DNA of 64,000 nt from NCBI RefSeq assembly GCF_006345805.1, contig NC_043022.1, positions 24,366,001-24,430,000 of the forward strand, read 5' to 3'. The notes beneath the pieces are model-generated. The model was not told where the DNA came from and did no database searches. It saw only the letters and a list, made by a program, of their open reading frames with translations. This stretch comes from Octopus sinensis. Its lineage: Eukaryota. Position 1 is the stretch's first letter, and every line of letters starts with the position of its first letter. The translations under genes and the position numbers were made by a program. This document shows positions 48,820 to 62,552 of this stretch, piece after piece.

Positions 48820-49043
48820 GGGCGGCGAGCTGGCAGAAAGGTTAGCACACCGGGCAAAATGCGTAGCCGTATTTCGTCTGCTGTTACGTTCTGAGTTCAA
48901 ATTCCGCCGAGGTCGACTTTGCCTTTCATCCTTTCGGCGGGGTTGATAAATTAAGTACCAGTTGCGCACTGGGGTCGATGTAATCAACTTAATCCGTTTG
49001 TCTCCTCTATGTTTAGCCCCTTGTGGGCAATAAAGAAATATAC
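48820..49043 (+). mobile_element. SINE family A monomer with 14-bp TSD
   Basis: ATGAACATAAGAGA at 48806-48819 and 49044-49057. Confidence 0.92.
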
Positions 49044-49768
49044 ATGAACATAAGAGATGGGAAGTTTATTTCATAGAAACTTGACTGCTGTCTTGGAAAC
49101 AAAAAAAAAAAGACCCCCACCTGTTTTCAAGCCAGGTAATATTTCCTCATGGCCAGGAGACATCTTCCAGTAGATTACTGGAAATGAATGAGATATCTTC
49201 TATGACAGTGACACTTGTACAACTATTGAGCAATGTCAAAATAAGGACACACACAAACACAGACACACACAAGATGCCTTCTTTCAATTTCTGTCTAACA
49301 AAATTTACTGACAAAGCACTGGTTAGCTTGGGGCCATAGTAGAAAACACTCAAGGAGCTCCACAGTGGGATTGAACCCGGAGCCATGTGATTAGGAATCA
49401 AGCTTCTAACCACACTGCCATGCCTATACCAATTCATAGACAGTAAATTTAATATAGCAGGCAGTTTAACGCCATCGCTTGGCCAACGGGTTCTTTTAAG
49501 GAAAACCCTGCAGACACAAGAACAGATCTCTGGTTTGAGAGTTCTTCCCGTGTTCTTGCAGTCTCAAAGACCTTGTAACAAACAAGGTTGGGAACGCTGC
49601 TCACCTCTGAGTAAGTCGGACCGATAAGTAGCTGAGCTACACTTTAACAATGGCAGTGACTCAGTGTGTCTCTGTGTTAAGGCAGCACAAGAATGTCTTG
49701 GAGACAATCACAGTAACAATTGATTTCCTACTGCGATTCAATTAGTTGTCTTCACATTGTACATAGAT

Positions 49769-49801
<33 letters not shown>

Positions 49802-49826
49802 TATGTATGTGTGTGTGTATGCATAT

Positions 49827-49862
<36 letters not shown>

Positions 49863-49875
49863 CATACACACACAC

Positions 49876-49907
<32 letters not shown>

Positions 49908-50857
49908 TAAACAAATATGTAGCTCCTAACTATTTTCAACTTTCCAATCATTAATAGCCGTGATTAAGGCTAATTCAACAAAACTAACTTAATTAATGGT
50001 TCCAGATAATCTGCCAGCCAATAAACTAGCATGGCTTCCCTTTCACCCGACTGTTCAGCTCCTCTCCGTCTCTTAAGCCAAAAGAGATAAATGCTCAGAC
50101 AACAACAATAACAATAACAATCAACATAATAACATACAAAAGATATGATTGTACACATTGTTAATATTACACTAATATTAATCAGATCATATTTAGTGGC
50201 CAGCTATTGTTCATAGACAATGTGTAATAGGAACATCTAAAATGTCGAATATTATTTTTACCAGAACATTGCCCAGGGAAAAATTGTTGTATTATACTCT
50301 CTTTATTCTCTAAGCACTGACATCTTTGAAGATAAACACATTCTGTTGGTTTTTTTTTTTTTTTTTACTTTTGTTTTATATTTAATTTTTTTTTTGTTTA
50401 CTTCTTTTTATTATTATTTTTTTTTTGTTTGGGTTGATTTGTTGTTTTTTAATTTTTACCTCCGCAAATACAAATACAAAAGTACAATTTTATACGCAAC
50501 TGTTTATATTGTAAGAACAAATGCTAACAATCAGCTGAGAGCAGAATTACAATAAATCTTTTGTAAATCTTTCAGTAGATTCCTCTTCAGTGAATGAACA
50601 GATTGTCCTCTCTGTAAAACTGGTTGTTCCATTTAAGTGAAGGTTAAACAGCTGGCCACAGTACCACAAGATAAAAAGGAGAGGTGAATCGATAACTAAA
50701 CTTTTAAATAAATGACCTGAAGTTAAAACAACTTCAGTAGACAAACCAACAACCAAGCCTCTATATGGTGGTTCAATTTACTAGAAACAACAGCTAAATC
50801 TCCCTCAAATTGCAAAAAAAAAAAAAAAATGAAAGATACTTCAAATACATCAAATAA

Positions 50858-51214
50858 TGCTTTTTACGTGCCACCGGCACAGGTGCCAGACGAGGCTGGC
50901 AACGGCCACAATCGTAGAAAGCACCTTCCAATCATGGCTGTTGCCAACCTCGTCTGGCACCTGTGCCGGTGGCACGTAAAAAGCACCATCCGATCATGGC
51001 TGTTGCCAGCCTCGTCTGGCACCTGTGCAGGTGGCACATAAAAAGCACCCACTACACTCACGGAGTGGTTGGCGTTAGGAAGGGCATCCAGCTGTAGAAA
51101 CACTGCCAGATCAGACTGGGCCTGGTGCAGCCTTCGGGCTTCCCAGACCCCAGTTGAACCGTCCAACCCATGCTAGCATGGAAAGCGGACGTTAAACGAT
51201 GATGATGATGATGA
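50858..51214 (+). mobile_element. Family C element with tandem and inverted 5' ~60-bp modules
   Basis: GGCGTTAGGAAGGGCATCCAGCTGTAGAAAC through (GAT)n tail; 5' module duplicated directly and in inverted orientation. Confidence 0.88.
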
Positions 51215-51639
51215 ATGTAGTTGGAGCAGGGGTACTTTTGTATCATTTTGTCAAGTAGGGATAGGCAGTGCCAAAGAGACCCTTTTGCTTTTTTTCATAT
51301 CCTCCAAGACTGGCAAGAGGGAAGGAAAAAGTTTTCCTGAAACCAGAGACTAGCCATGAACGCTTTCAACAGAATGAACATCACTACAGACATCCAAGGA
51401 AGGTGCCTTGTGGTGTTAAACTGACTGACAAGATTAAGTTTTCCAAACAGGAATTCAGAATTTAAAAATCCAGAACAAATAGCGCATAACAGGCATGGTT
51501 ACATTGTAAGAAGCTTACTTCCCAACCATATGGACCTGGGTTCCGTCCCACTGTGTGACCCTTTCAGCAAGTGCTTTGTACTATAACTTTGGCTGACTAA
51601 AGCCTTGTGAGTGGATTTGGTAGACAGAAACTGAAAAAA

Positions 51640-51670
<31 letters not shown>

Positions 51671-52328
51671 CGTATGTGTTTTTTTGTGTGTTTGTCCCCT
51701 ACCACAGTTGGTGTGTTTACATCCCTGTAACTTAGCGATCTGGCAAAAGAAACTGATACAACAAGTATTAGGCTTTAAAAATTAATCCTGGGGTTGATTT
51801 GTTCAACTAAAACCCTTCAAGGCAGTACCCCAGCGTGGCTGCAAGTCAAAAATGACTGAAACAAGTGAAAGACAGAAGATACAAAACTAAAAAGACAACT
51901 GACTCTCAGACAGTTCCACCAATTCCCCGGAACAGACTGACACTTTATCTTATAGATTTCAAAATGTAAAGTTGACCATGGCAGGATTAGAACCCAGGAT
52001 GAAGAGAACCAGAACAAATGCTACAAAGCATTTTGTCACATGCTTATTCTTCTATTGAGCATATCGGAGTTATGCAAGGGACTGGAGGGAGATATACTGA
52101 TAAGAGTATATCATGGATTTTGTTCATTAGCGCTGTTTTATGTAGGATATTGAATATAAATTAAATATAAAGATATATGTATTAGATATAATATTAATTA
52201 AATATAAAGAAATATATATTTAATTGATTTTATATGTTGTAAACTTATTAAAAAATAGTGATTTATAATCTACAAGATGTGCTGGATTTATACATATCAA
52301 TTATTTTTAATTATGATTTGCTGCTAAA

Positions 52329-52919
52329 TTAATTTAGCATCCAGATTTCTTTGTCAAACATTGCTTATTTATTCACACTGCTTTGAATTAATCATGCATT
52401 ATCTTGTAGCTGCAAGATGTCAATGATACATTTACTCTTTTACTTGTTTCAGTCATTTGACTGCGGCCATGCTGGAGCACCGCCTTTAATCGAGCAAATC
52501 GATCCCGAGACTTATTCTTTTGTAAGCCCAGTACTTATTCTATCGGTCTCTTTTGCCGAACCGCTAAGTAACGGGGACATAAACACACCAGCATCGGTTG
52601 TCAAGCAATGCTAGGGGGACAAACACAGACACACAAACATATATACATACATATATATATATATACATACATATATACGACGGGCTTCTTTCAGTTTCCG
52701 TCTACCAAATCCACTCACAAGGCTTTGGTCGGCCCGAGGCTTTAGTAGAAGACACTTGCCCAAGGTGCCACGCAGTGGAACTGAACCCGGAACCATGTGG
52801 CTGGTATTTTTAGAATGACATTGTAGGGTAGGTGTGAGAGGTTGGATCTGATCAGATTTAACATAAAACAGGTAGAATATTTGAATTGGATATAGCCGGA
52901 TTAAATGCTAAAGGATTAA
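52329..52919. mobile_element. piggyBac-like MITE interrupted by SINE-B (52432-52800, minus)
   Basis: TTAA-TTTAGCAT left end and ATGCTAAAGGA-TTAA right end; the two halves flank a family B copy. Confidence 0.75.
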
Positions 52920-52932
52920 AGAATATGAGTGT

Positions 52933-53003
<71 letters not shown>

Positions 53004-53804
53004 GCAGAAGATGGAATGGTCATGGCTGGAATGCTCTCGATCACAAGTCTGCTGAGTGGTGATTGACCTGGGACTAAGCAATAACAAAAACACTACATAA
53101 AAACACATACAAAAGAAATAAGTTTAATGACATGGCAACCACAAGGCCATAAAAAAAAATATTCGCTATAAATTCCATTTAGGTGGATCAATGCTGTTGC
53201 ACTGTCTCTCTCTCTCTCCCCCTCTCTCTCTCTGTGAAAGAGAGGGGTAGACGGGAGCAAGAGAGATACATAAATACATAAAGTGCATTATTGTCATACA
53301 ATGGAACAGCCATGCAAGCTGCCAGTTGAACTGAATCAACAAATGTGACTTTCAGCTGTTGCCCATAAGGTAAAGTGTCACAATATACATCGACAATATC
53401 CCAGTCAAGCCAACAAGGGAGCTTCTTTGTGGCAACTCAACCTGCTAGAGCTAGCAGCTAAATTCTTCCTCCAAAACCTCACCTTGCTGTCTTTAAAATG
53501 TAGATGTTGCCACAATGGTCAGATATTGGACAGTGAAGATATTGGACATATCTTCATATGTCTAAAGGTTTTTCCCGCTCACCCACCCCACACTTGCTCT
53601 ATGCAGTTCTTCTGTCTCTCTTAAGTCACACACCTTACCATCTTGAAAAAGAAGGATCACATTCAAAAATGTGGTCTTAGGGGTACTGTACCTGAGGAAA
53701 AAGACAGGATGGACATAGATGGAATGCCTTTCATCAAAGGACTGCTCATTCAAGGCTGATCTGGACTAAACAACAGAAATACACACCACCATAAAATACT
53801 GATT

Positions 53805-54510
53805 TTAAATTTTGGCACAAGGCCTGCAATTTCAGGGGATGGGGCAAGCTGATTACAGCGACCCCAGTACTCAACTAATACATATTTTATCAACCCCAGT
53901 CCTCAACTGGTACATCCCAAAAGGATGAAAGGCAAAGTTGACCTCAACAGAAATTGAACTCAGAATGTAAAGACAGATGAAAAGCCACAAAGCATTTTGT
54001 CTGGTGTGCTAATGATTCAGCCAGCTTGCCACCTTACACCACTATAAAACATCAATTTAAAATTTTTGGCACAAGGCCAGCAATTTCAGGGGCGGTGCTA
54101 AGTCGATTATATCGACCCCAGTGCATAACTGGTACTTAAAGGATGAAAGGCAAAGTCGACCTCGGTGGAATTTGAACTCAGAATGTAGCGGCAGACGAAA
54201 TACCTATTTCTTTACTACCCACAAGGGGCTAAACACAGAGGGGACAAACAAGGACAGAGAAACGGATTAAGTCGATTATATTGACCCCAGTGCGTAACTG
54301 GTACTTATTTAATCGACCCCGAAAGGATGAAAGGCAAAGTCTACCTCGGCGGAATTTGAACTCAGAACGTAGCGGCAGACGAAATACCGCTAAGCATTTC
54401 GTCCAGCATGCTAACGATTCTGCCAGTTCGCTGCCTTTACGAAAGTTGACGAACTACCACTAAGCATTTGGCCTGGCGTGCTAACAATTCTGCTAGCTTG
54501 CTTGCCTTAC
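53805..54510 (-). mobile_element. Cluster of SINE-A copies and variants including a multimer
   Basis: Three family A bodies; GAAATAC-CTATTTCTTT junction at ~54198-54213. Confidence 0.85.
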
Positions 54511-54878
54511 ACCACAACGAAATATTACAATAGCTCAATATTTACTACACCTCAAGACCTCATCTGCCCATCACACACAACACAATCCACAGAACATTAA
54601 GAAAAACATTATAATAATATCATAAATAGATGTTTCTATTTTATATAATGATGATGATGAATTAGACTTCAGTGTTCATCTCATTCTCTCTCTCACTCTT
54701 GACACCCACACTATTCCATTCAAAAGTTCACTTTTCACACACAGACTCTAGATAGACAATGGCAATGAGGGAAATGAGGAGAGGAATAGTTATTTTCATT
54801 AATCATTTTGCTGAAGTGGTTGTAGTTGTTTCTTTCTTGGTGCACTCTACAGGGAAGATAAAAAGGGTTGGGGTAGGA

Positions 54879-54919
<41 letters not shown>

Positions 54920-55039
54920 TGTGTGTGTGAGAGAGAGAGAGAGAGTGAGAAAAAGAGAGGGAGAGAGGAGAAAATGAGAAAGAGTGACAACAGAAACAGC
55001 CAGGTTTTTTTTTAATTTTCTTAGTGCACTTAGGAAACA

Positions 55040-55500
55040 CAGGTATGTGTAGATGAGAGAGAAAGAGAGAAGAAGAAGAAAGAGAGAGACAGACAGAGAA
55101 ACAGAGGCAATAGACACAAAGAAAGACAGAGAAACAGACAAGAAAACACAGAGGGACAGACATAAACAGAGACGAAAGAGGCAGAGAGAGAGAGAGAGAG
55201 AGAGGGAAAGGGGGGGGAGAGACAGGCAGACAGACAGAGATAGAAACTCTAGACAAGAAGAGAGACAGACAGACAGAATCAGACAAGAGAAGCACAGAAG
55301 CAGACATAAAAAGAGGAGAGAGAGAGAGACAGAGAGAGGGGGAGACAGAAAAAGAGAGAAAGAGAGAGAGAGAGAAGAGGGGGAGACAGAGAAAGAGAGA
55401 GAGAGAAGAGGGGGAGACAGAGAGAAAGAGAGAGAAGAGGAGGAGAGAGAGAGAAAGAGAGAGAGAGAAGAAGGGGAGACAGAAAGAGAAAGATAATCAA
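55040..55500. repeat. Polypurine (GA)n/(GACA)n tract
   Basis: Direct reading. Confidence 0.93.
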
Positions 55501-56903
55501 AGCAACAGAGAAGAGTGTGGAGCCCCAAATGTGTACGTACACATACGCATGCCTGCATGCGTGCACACACACACACACACACGCATAGAGGTAAGGAAGG
55601 TCAGTAGTTTGAAAAGTCAATTTGACAGGATGTCAATAATTACAAATTAACCTCCCCCCTCTCTACCGTCAACTAATGACACAGAACAGTAACAACAACA
55701 ACAGCAGCAGCAGCAAGCTGAGTGCAGTTTATACTACTGTGTATTTTAAGTATGTGTGTGTGAGTGAGTGAGTGAGCGTGTGTGTGTGTGTGTGCGTGTG
55801 TGTGTGTGTGTTTTCTATTTTTGGGAGGTGTTTTCTTTGTATGTCTGCTACTGACAGGCTGAGCATTCTAAGTCTGTATAAACACACATATAGTACTGTG
55901 TGTATATGGTGATGATGATGATGAGGAGAAGGAGGATTTAATGTCCTCCTTCCATGCTGGCATGGGTTAGATGACTTCATAGGAGCCTGAAGACTGTGCC
56001 AAGCTCTACTGTCTGCCTTGGCAGGGTTTCTATATCTGGTTGCCCTTCCTAATGCCAACCACTTTACAGAGTGTCCTGGGTGCTTTTTATGTGGCACCAA
56101 CAACGGTGGGGGTCACCAAGTAACTATAGCAAGACAAAACCCCTTGACAGTGTGGGAAGTAGTGTTGAGGGATGTGGCTTTGTGCCAGGTGATGAGAGGT
56201 TTGAATATGAATAGAAGTAGAAGGTTAGAAATAGTGTAGGCCATAGAAGAAGACACTTGCCCAAGGTGCCCAGCAGTGGGACTGAACCCAGAACCGTGTG
56301 GTCCGTAAGGAAGCTACTTACCACACAGCCACTCCTGTGCCTATGTGTACTCAATGTAATTTTTTTATTATTTTTTTATGACAAATCAAGTCCAGTATTG
56401 ATCACGTCCCCCACATTACCAAAGCTCTAGAAGAAAGGCACAAACATCATGACCTCCAAAATTTCCACAAATAAAATTAAATAAACAGGGATTAAATACC
56501 AGATCGAATTCATTAATCTTAATCTTCAACAACGAAATATTTTAAGAACTGTATAAAAATTAACTGCCTTAATTTCATCTTTTTTCTTTTTCTTGTTTTT
56601 CTTTTTCAAATTAACCCTTTGATACCAACCTGTCTAAAATTACCCCTACTTCTGTGACTGAAACAGCCTGTTTTAAGGTGATCTTCCATCAAAATTTTAT
56701 GCTAACTTAGATACAAGCGTGGTTGTGCAGTAAGAAGTCTGCTTCCCAAACACAGTCTTTCAAGTTCAGTATCGCCGCATGGCACTCTGGGCAAGTGTCT
56801 GCTACTATAGCCCCAGGCTGACAAACACCTTGTGAGTGGACTTGATAGATGGAAACTGGAAAAAGGCATTGTTTGTTTCTGTATGTATGTATGTATGTAT
56901 GTA

Positions 56904-57062
56904 TTTTTCCCCCCGTCTTCCCTTCTCTGGATCTTTCCTTTTCCTATGTTTCTGACGAAGAGCTCCGCTCGAAACGTTAAACCCTCCTTCCTTCCTGAGC
57001 GTTCAATAATACTATGTTTGTTCCACGTCCTCGTGTTGCTGTGTTTTCAAGTTTGGATTAAC
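56904..57062 (+). mobile_element. Penelope-like-element LTR remnant inserted in the (GTAT)n of a degenerate SINE-B (56715-57290)
   Basis: Flanked by (GTAT)n on both sides; contains the intact hammerhead core. Confidence 0.65.
56948..56982 (+). ncRNA. Minimal type I hammerhead ribozyme with intact consensus core
   Basis: GUUU-CUGACGA-A-GAGC/UCC/GCUC-GAAAC-GUU-AAAC; all core nucleotides present; palindromic (A)ACGU(U) stem III. Confidence 0.78.
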
Positions 57063-57320
57063 TATGTACGTAAGTATGTATGCATGTATGTATGTATATG
57101 TGGATGCATGCATGTATGTGTGTGTGTATGTATGCATATGTGTGTCTGTGCTTGTCTTCCACCAGAGCCTACATCCCTGTAACTTAGAGGTTCAACAAAA
57201 GAGACTGATGCGGTACATAATGAGCTTAAAAGTGGTGTGCAGCATGGCTGCAGTCCAAAGACTGAAACGAGTAAAAGACAAAGACACACACATCCACACA
57301 CAAGTTTGTATGCATTTGTG

Positions 57321-57351
<31 letters not shown>

Positions 57352-57484
57352 TGTGTGTGTGTGTGTTTATAATGGTAGATATCTCTGTGTTTACATCTGA
57401 TTCCTTTACAGAAAGGACCTGCGCAAACACTGTTGTCATACTGACATTCACCAACAACTAACCATCCAGTATCTTCCTCTATAT

Positions 57485-57826
57485 GGCGCATGGCTCAGTG
57501 GTTAGAGCGTCGAGCTTACGATCGTAAAGTTGTGAGCTCGAATCCTGGACCGGGCTGCGTGTTGTGTTCTTGAGCAAGGCACTTTATTTCACGTTGCTCC
57601 AGTTCACTCAGCTGTAGAAATGAGTTGCGATGTCACTGGTGCCAAGCTGTATCGACCTTTGTCTTTCCCTTGCATAACACTGGTGGTGTGGAGAGGGGAG
57701 GCTGGTATGCATGGGCAACTGCTGGTCTTCCATAAACAACCTTGCCTAGACTTGTGCTTGGGACGATAACCGTCTAGGTGCAATCCCATGGTCATTCATG
57801 ACCGAAGGGGGTCTTTACCCTTTACT
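57485..57826 (+). mobile_element. SINE family G
   Basis: Same family as 47731-48068. Confidence 0.9.
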
Positions 57827-58248
57827 TTTGAAAAATGTGTGAATTATAAAAAAATATTACACCTTGGTAACGGGTTAGTGACAGGAAGAACATCCAGCTG
57901 TAAACAAATTTCCCCAACAATAAGTATTCATCAAACCCATGCTAACATACAAAAGTTGAAGTAAAAAAGAAAAAAAAATCTAACAGAAACATAAATATCA
58001 GTAGTAAATAAAATGTTATGTTAGTAGACAGATGAGACCAGAAGAAACATAAGCACTCTAATTTTACATGAATGACTTGACTTCTGAATTTGTAAACCTT
58101 TCCCACCCACCAACCAACTAACCACCTAGGATTACCTTGCTAACATAGAAAGAAAAAGTACATAACATAAAAATAAACACAAAAGCACAAAACAAAACTA
58201 GCTGAGATAAAGAAGCAGAAACATCAGCAGTAATTAGATAAGGGAGTT

Positions 58249-58279
<31 letters not shown>

Positions 58280-58731
58280 GAGAATATTGAGTGTTTAATT
58301 ATGTGATGACAAGTAAACTAGTAGAAGCTACTACCTAGCTACTTACAGTCTCACAACTAGTTATATACTAATTATTCCAGCTGTGGTTTCTATTACCAAA
58401 GAGTAAAAATAAATAAATAAATAAAAACGAGAAAAAATACTAAAAAAAAAAAAAAGAAGAAGAAGCTGTCTCATTAGACAGCAGAAGCAACAATAAATTC
58501 ACAGAGAAAAGACGACAGCAAACATGGGGAAAACGCTTCTTAGATATAATGCTAAAAGCAGGCACCAAGCCAACAAGGGAATTCTCTGCGTGGTTTATTC
58601 GGCCTGCTAGAAATAACAGTAAATCTCGAAAATGACGCCCTAAATCTTTTATTTGTTTCAGTAATTGAGCTGCAGCCAGCAGGGGCATTGCCTTGAAGGG
58701 GTTTAACAGATTATCAAATCTATCTTTTACT

Positions 58732-58885
58732 TTTTACTTGTTGCAGTTATTTGACTGTAGCCATGCTGGGGCACTCCTTTTACCTTTTACTTGTTGCAGT
58801 TATTTGACTGTGGCCATGCTGGGGCACTCCTTTAACCTTTTTACTTGTTGCAGTTATTTGACTGTGGCCATGCTGGAGCACAGCC
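58732..58885 (-). repeat. Three tandem 53-54-bp copies of the SINE-B 3' tail
   Basis: TTTTACTTGTTGCAGTTATTTGACTGT.GCCATGCTGG at 58732, 58785 and 58839. Confidence 0.88.
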
Positions 58886-59247
58886 TCAAAGTGTTTTTTA
58901 GTGAAACATATCGACCCCAGGGACTTATTTCTTAAGCCTAGTACTTATTCTATTGATCTTTTTCGCTTAAACTGCCAAGTTACAGAGACATAAACACATC
59001 AACACCAATTGTGAAGTGGTGCTTGAGGACAAACACAAAGACACACACACACACAAAGAATTAAGGAATGGAGCAGATAAGATCCAGGCTACATATGTTT
59101 CATAGCGAGCGGAACCTCAGAAGTGGTAAGTATCCAAGTGAGGTCTATACTGCAGGCTACTCTTCAAGCCAAGGATATCTTGATTAAATGTCACAAGGAG
59201 GTACATGTTAACACATGGAGGATTCAATCAGAATATATATATTTTCT

Positions 59248-59718
<471 letters not shown>

Positions 59719-60374
59719 TTACTACAGCCTCAGGGTAATCAAAAGCTAGAGTGGATCAGATTGGAGGAAATTGAAAGAAATTCATCGTGCATGCATGCAC
59801 GTGCGTGTGTGTGTATATGCATGTACATGTGTCCTTGTCCCCTACCACTGCTTGACAACTGGAGTTGGTGTGTTCATATATCAGTAAAAATTCTTCAGGG
59901 CATTGCCTCAGCATGGCTACAGTCTAATGACTGAAGCATGTATAAAATAATGGTTAAAGATAATGAATGGAAGAGGCTTGTATGCATTCGCTCAACTTGC
60001 TAGAAATAATAGCCAGATGTTCCTCAAATGACAAAATAACAACCTTATTATCTGAAATAAGAAAAAGCACTACAAACAATGTAATCCATGATACATGAAA
60101 AGATGGCAAAGCCACAGTCAATATGTCTTTGATCATAGTTCTGGATGTCAAGACGGAAACTAAGGTTAAAGCTGATAACTATAAACATTGCTTTTATTTT
60201 GTTCCCTTTTCTTTTTTTGTTGTTGTTGTTTTTCCCACTGCTACACTTCTCTCTCTTTCTCTCATTTGCTATAGAAATTGGTAACATCCATTCGAGTTGC
60301 TATAAAACGAAACAGTTGATGTGCCTCCTGTACGTAACATATATTTCAATGCTTCCATAAACTCTTCTAAACCA

Positions 60375-60409
60375 TGTTTATATACATATACATATATATA
60401 TACACACAC

Positions 60410-60450
<41 letters not shown>

Positions 60451-60632
60451 AACACACATATATATATAACATATATATACATATATATATATATACATAT
60501 ATATAAACACTATATATATATACATATATACATATATATATATACATATAATATAACATATACATATATACATATACACACACACACATATATATACACA
60601 CACACATATATATATATACACACACACAACAC

Positions 60633-60730
<98 letters not shown>
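60375..60730. repeat. Compound (TA)n/(CA)n/(GA)n microsatellite
   Basis: Direct reading. Confidence 0.95.
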
Positions 60731-60731
<1 letters not shown>

Positions 60732-61589
60732 CAGACAGATAGATAGGTATATGTTTTTTTCCCCTTATCTATTTATTTATTTTTGTTTACTCCGCCACAC
60801 AGCATCACTTTACTGACATGTAAAGCAGAGCAAAGATAATATTTTCGTTGCATACCAACAGAAAGCCTACTTCCGGCAAGCTCCGCTAGAGAAGCAGTCA
60901 AAGCAATTACCTCAGGTTAATCAAATATGGTCAGAGCTAATAAAATAGCATTACCATTGCTGGTGAAGATAAAGACAGGGCGCAGTCTACTGGGAAAGGC
61001 TGAAAGTAATTGCTATGAGAATAAGAGGTAGAGTGTCTTCTAGCTTCTCCTACGCACTGGCTTCAACATAGGAGAAACACAAAGAGAGAATATGGCAAAA
61101 TAAATTGACAATGTAGATGGAGCGTGTTTTAGAATTGGTTGAAAGTGGAAGAGAGAGAGAGAGATGAAATCATAAAGAATATTGTACATTAGCTGGAGGA
61201 ACAACTAAAGCACAGCATGTTCCTGGAATATCATGGTGATGGTGGTTGTGATGACGAGGATAGAGATAGGTAAGACGAATGCGATTGTGATGGTGGCGGC
61301 GGTGAAGATGAAGAGGGTGATCGTAAAGGGTGATGAAGATGATGTGGCGGTGATGGAGAGAGTATGATGATGGCAATAATAATTGTTTCTAACACAGGCA
61401 CAAAGGTTAAAAATTTGGGGTGAGGAGTTGTTAGTCAAAAAAAAAAAACTCACTCAAGTTCTTGACTGGTTCTTTAAGTAAGAATTTCATCAATAGTTTT
61501 TCCCATTGCTTTGAAGGAATGCAGCATTTTCTATCACTAATAAAACCTGTTGTCGTTTTTGACAACACAGGTATGCTTTTGTGTGTGTG

Positions 61590-61922
61590 TGAAGGCGTAT
61601 GGCTCAGTGGTTAGAGCGTCGAGCTTACAGTCGTGAGATTGTGAGTTCGATTCCCGGACAGGGCTCCGTGTTGTGTTCTTGAGCAAGACACTTTATTTCA
61701 CGTTGCTCCAGTTCCCTCAGCTGTAGAAATGAGTTGTGACATCACTGGTGCCAAGCTGTATCGGCCTTTGCCGTTCCCTTGGATAACATCAGTGGCGTTG
61801 AGAGGAGAGGCTGGTATGCACGGGCAACTGCTGGCCTCCCGTAAACAACCTTGCACGGACTTGTACCTTGAAGGGTAACTTTCTAGGTGCAATCCCATGG
61901 TCATTCATGACCAAAGGGGGTC
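61590..61922 (+). mobile_element. SINE family G
   Basis: Same family as 47731-48068. Confidence 0.9.
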
Positions 61923-62552
61923 TCCCCATATATATATATCATCATCACCAGTTAAAGTTGGTTTTCCATGCTGTTATGGGTTGGACAGTTTGATCAGAGT
62001 TGCTAAGGCCGGGGCCTCACACCAGACTCCGTAATCTGTTCTGGCACAGTTCCTGCAGCTGAATGCCTTTCCTAATGCTAACCACTCCACAGAGTCTACT
62101 GGAATTATTTATTTGTATGTGCATGCACATGTGCACACACACACACACACACACAGAGGCCACGTATCTTCACTTAATATGCACTAAGAAAGGATCACAG
62201 CTAAAAGACCTTTGATCATACATAGATCTGCTTGATCAGATCAGATATGGGGTGTGGCAAGGGCTTGTAGGGCCTATGTCAGTCAAGCTAGACCAAGCAT
62301 CTGCACATGTATGTGTGAATGTTGGCAAAAATTTTTCAAATATTAGCAGTAGTCAATGCATATTATTCTTCCCTTTTCATGCTAGAGATGTTCATCTGAA
62401 GGATGTGGCACAAATCAGGGCCAATACAACTTTGTATCAGTGTTGGCACAGGCAATAAAGAACTGGAATAGATACTGAAAAACATATCAAGGTAAGTGAA
62501 ATCATGGGCATGGCCAGTGCTGGTGACATGAAAAAGGTACCCATGCCAGTGG

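Noticed and set aside
52095-52120. GATATAC-TGATAAGA-GTATATC as a hammerhead
   Set aside because: The core would be CUGAUAA, no GAAA follows, and the flanks simply form a small hairpin.
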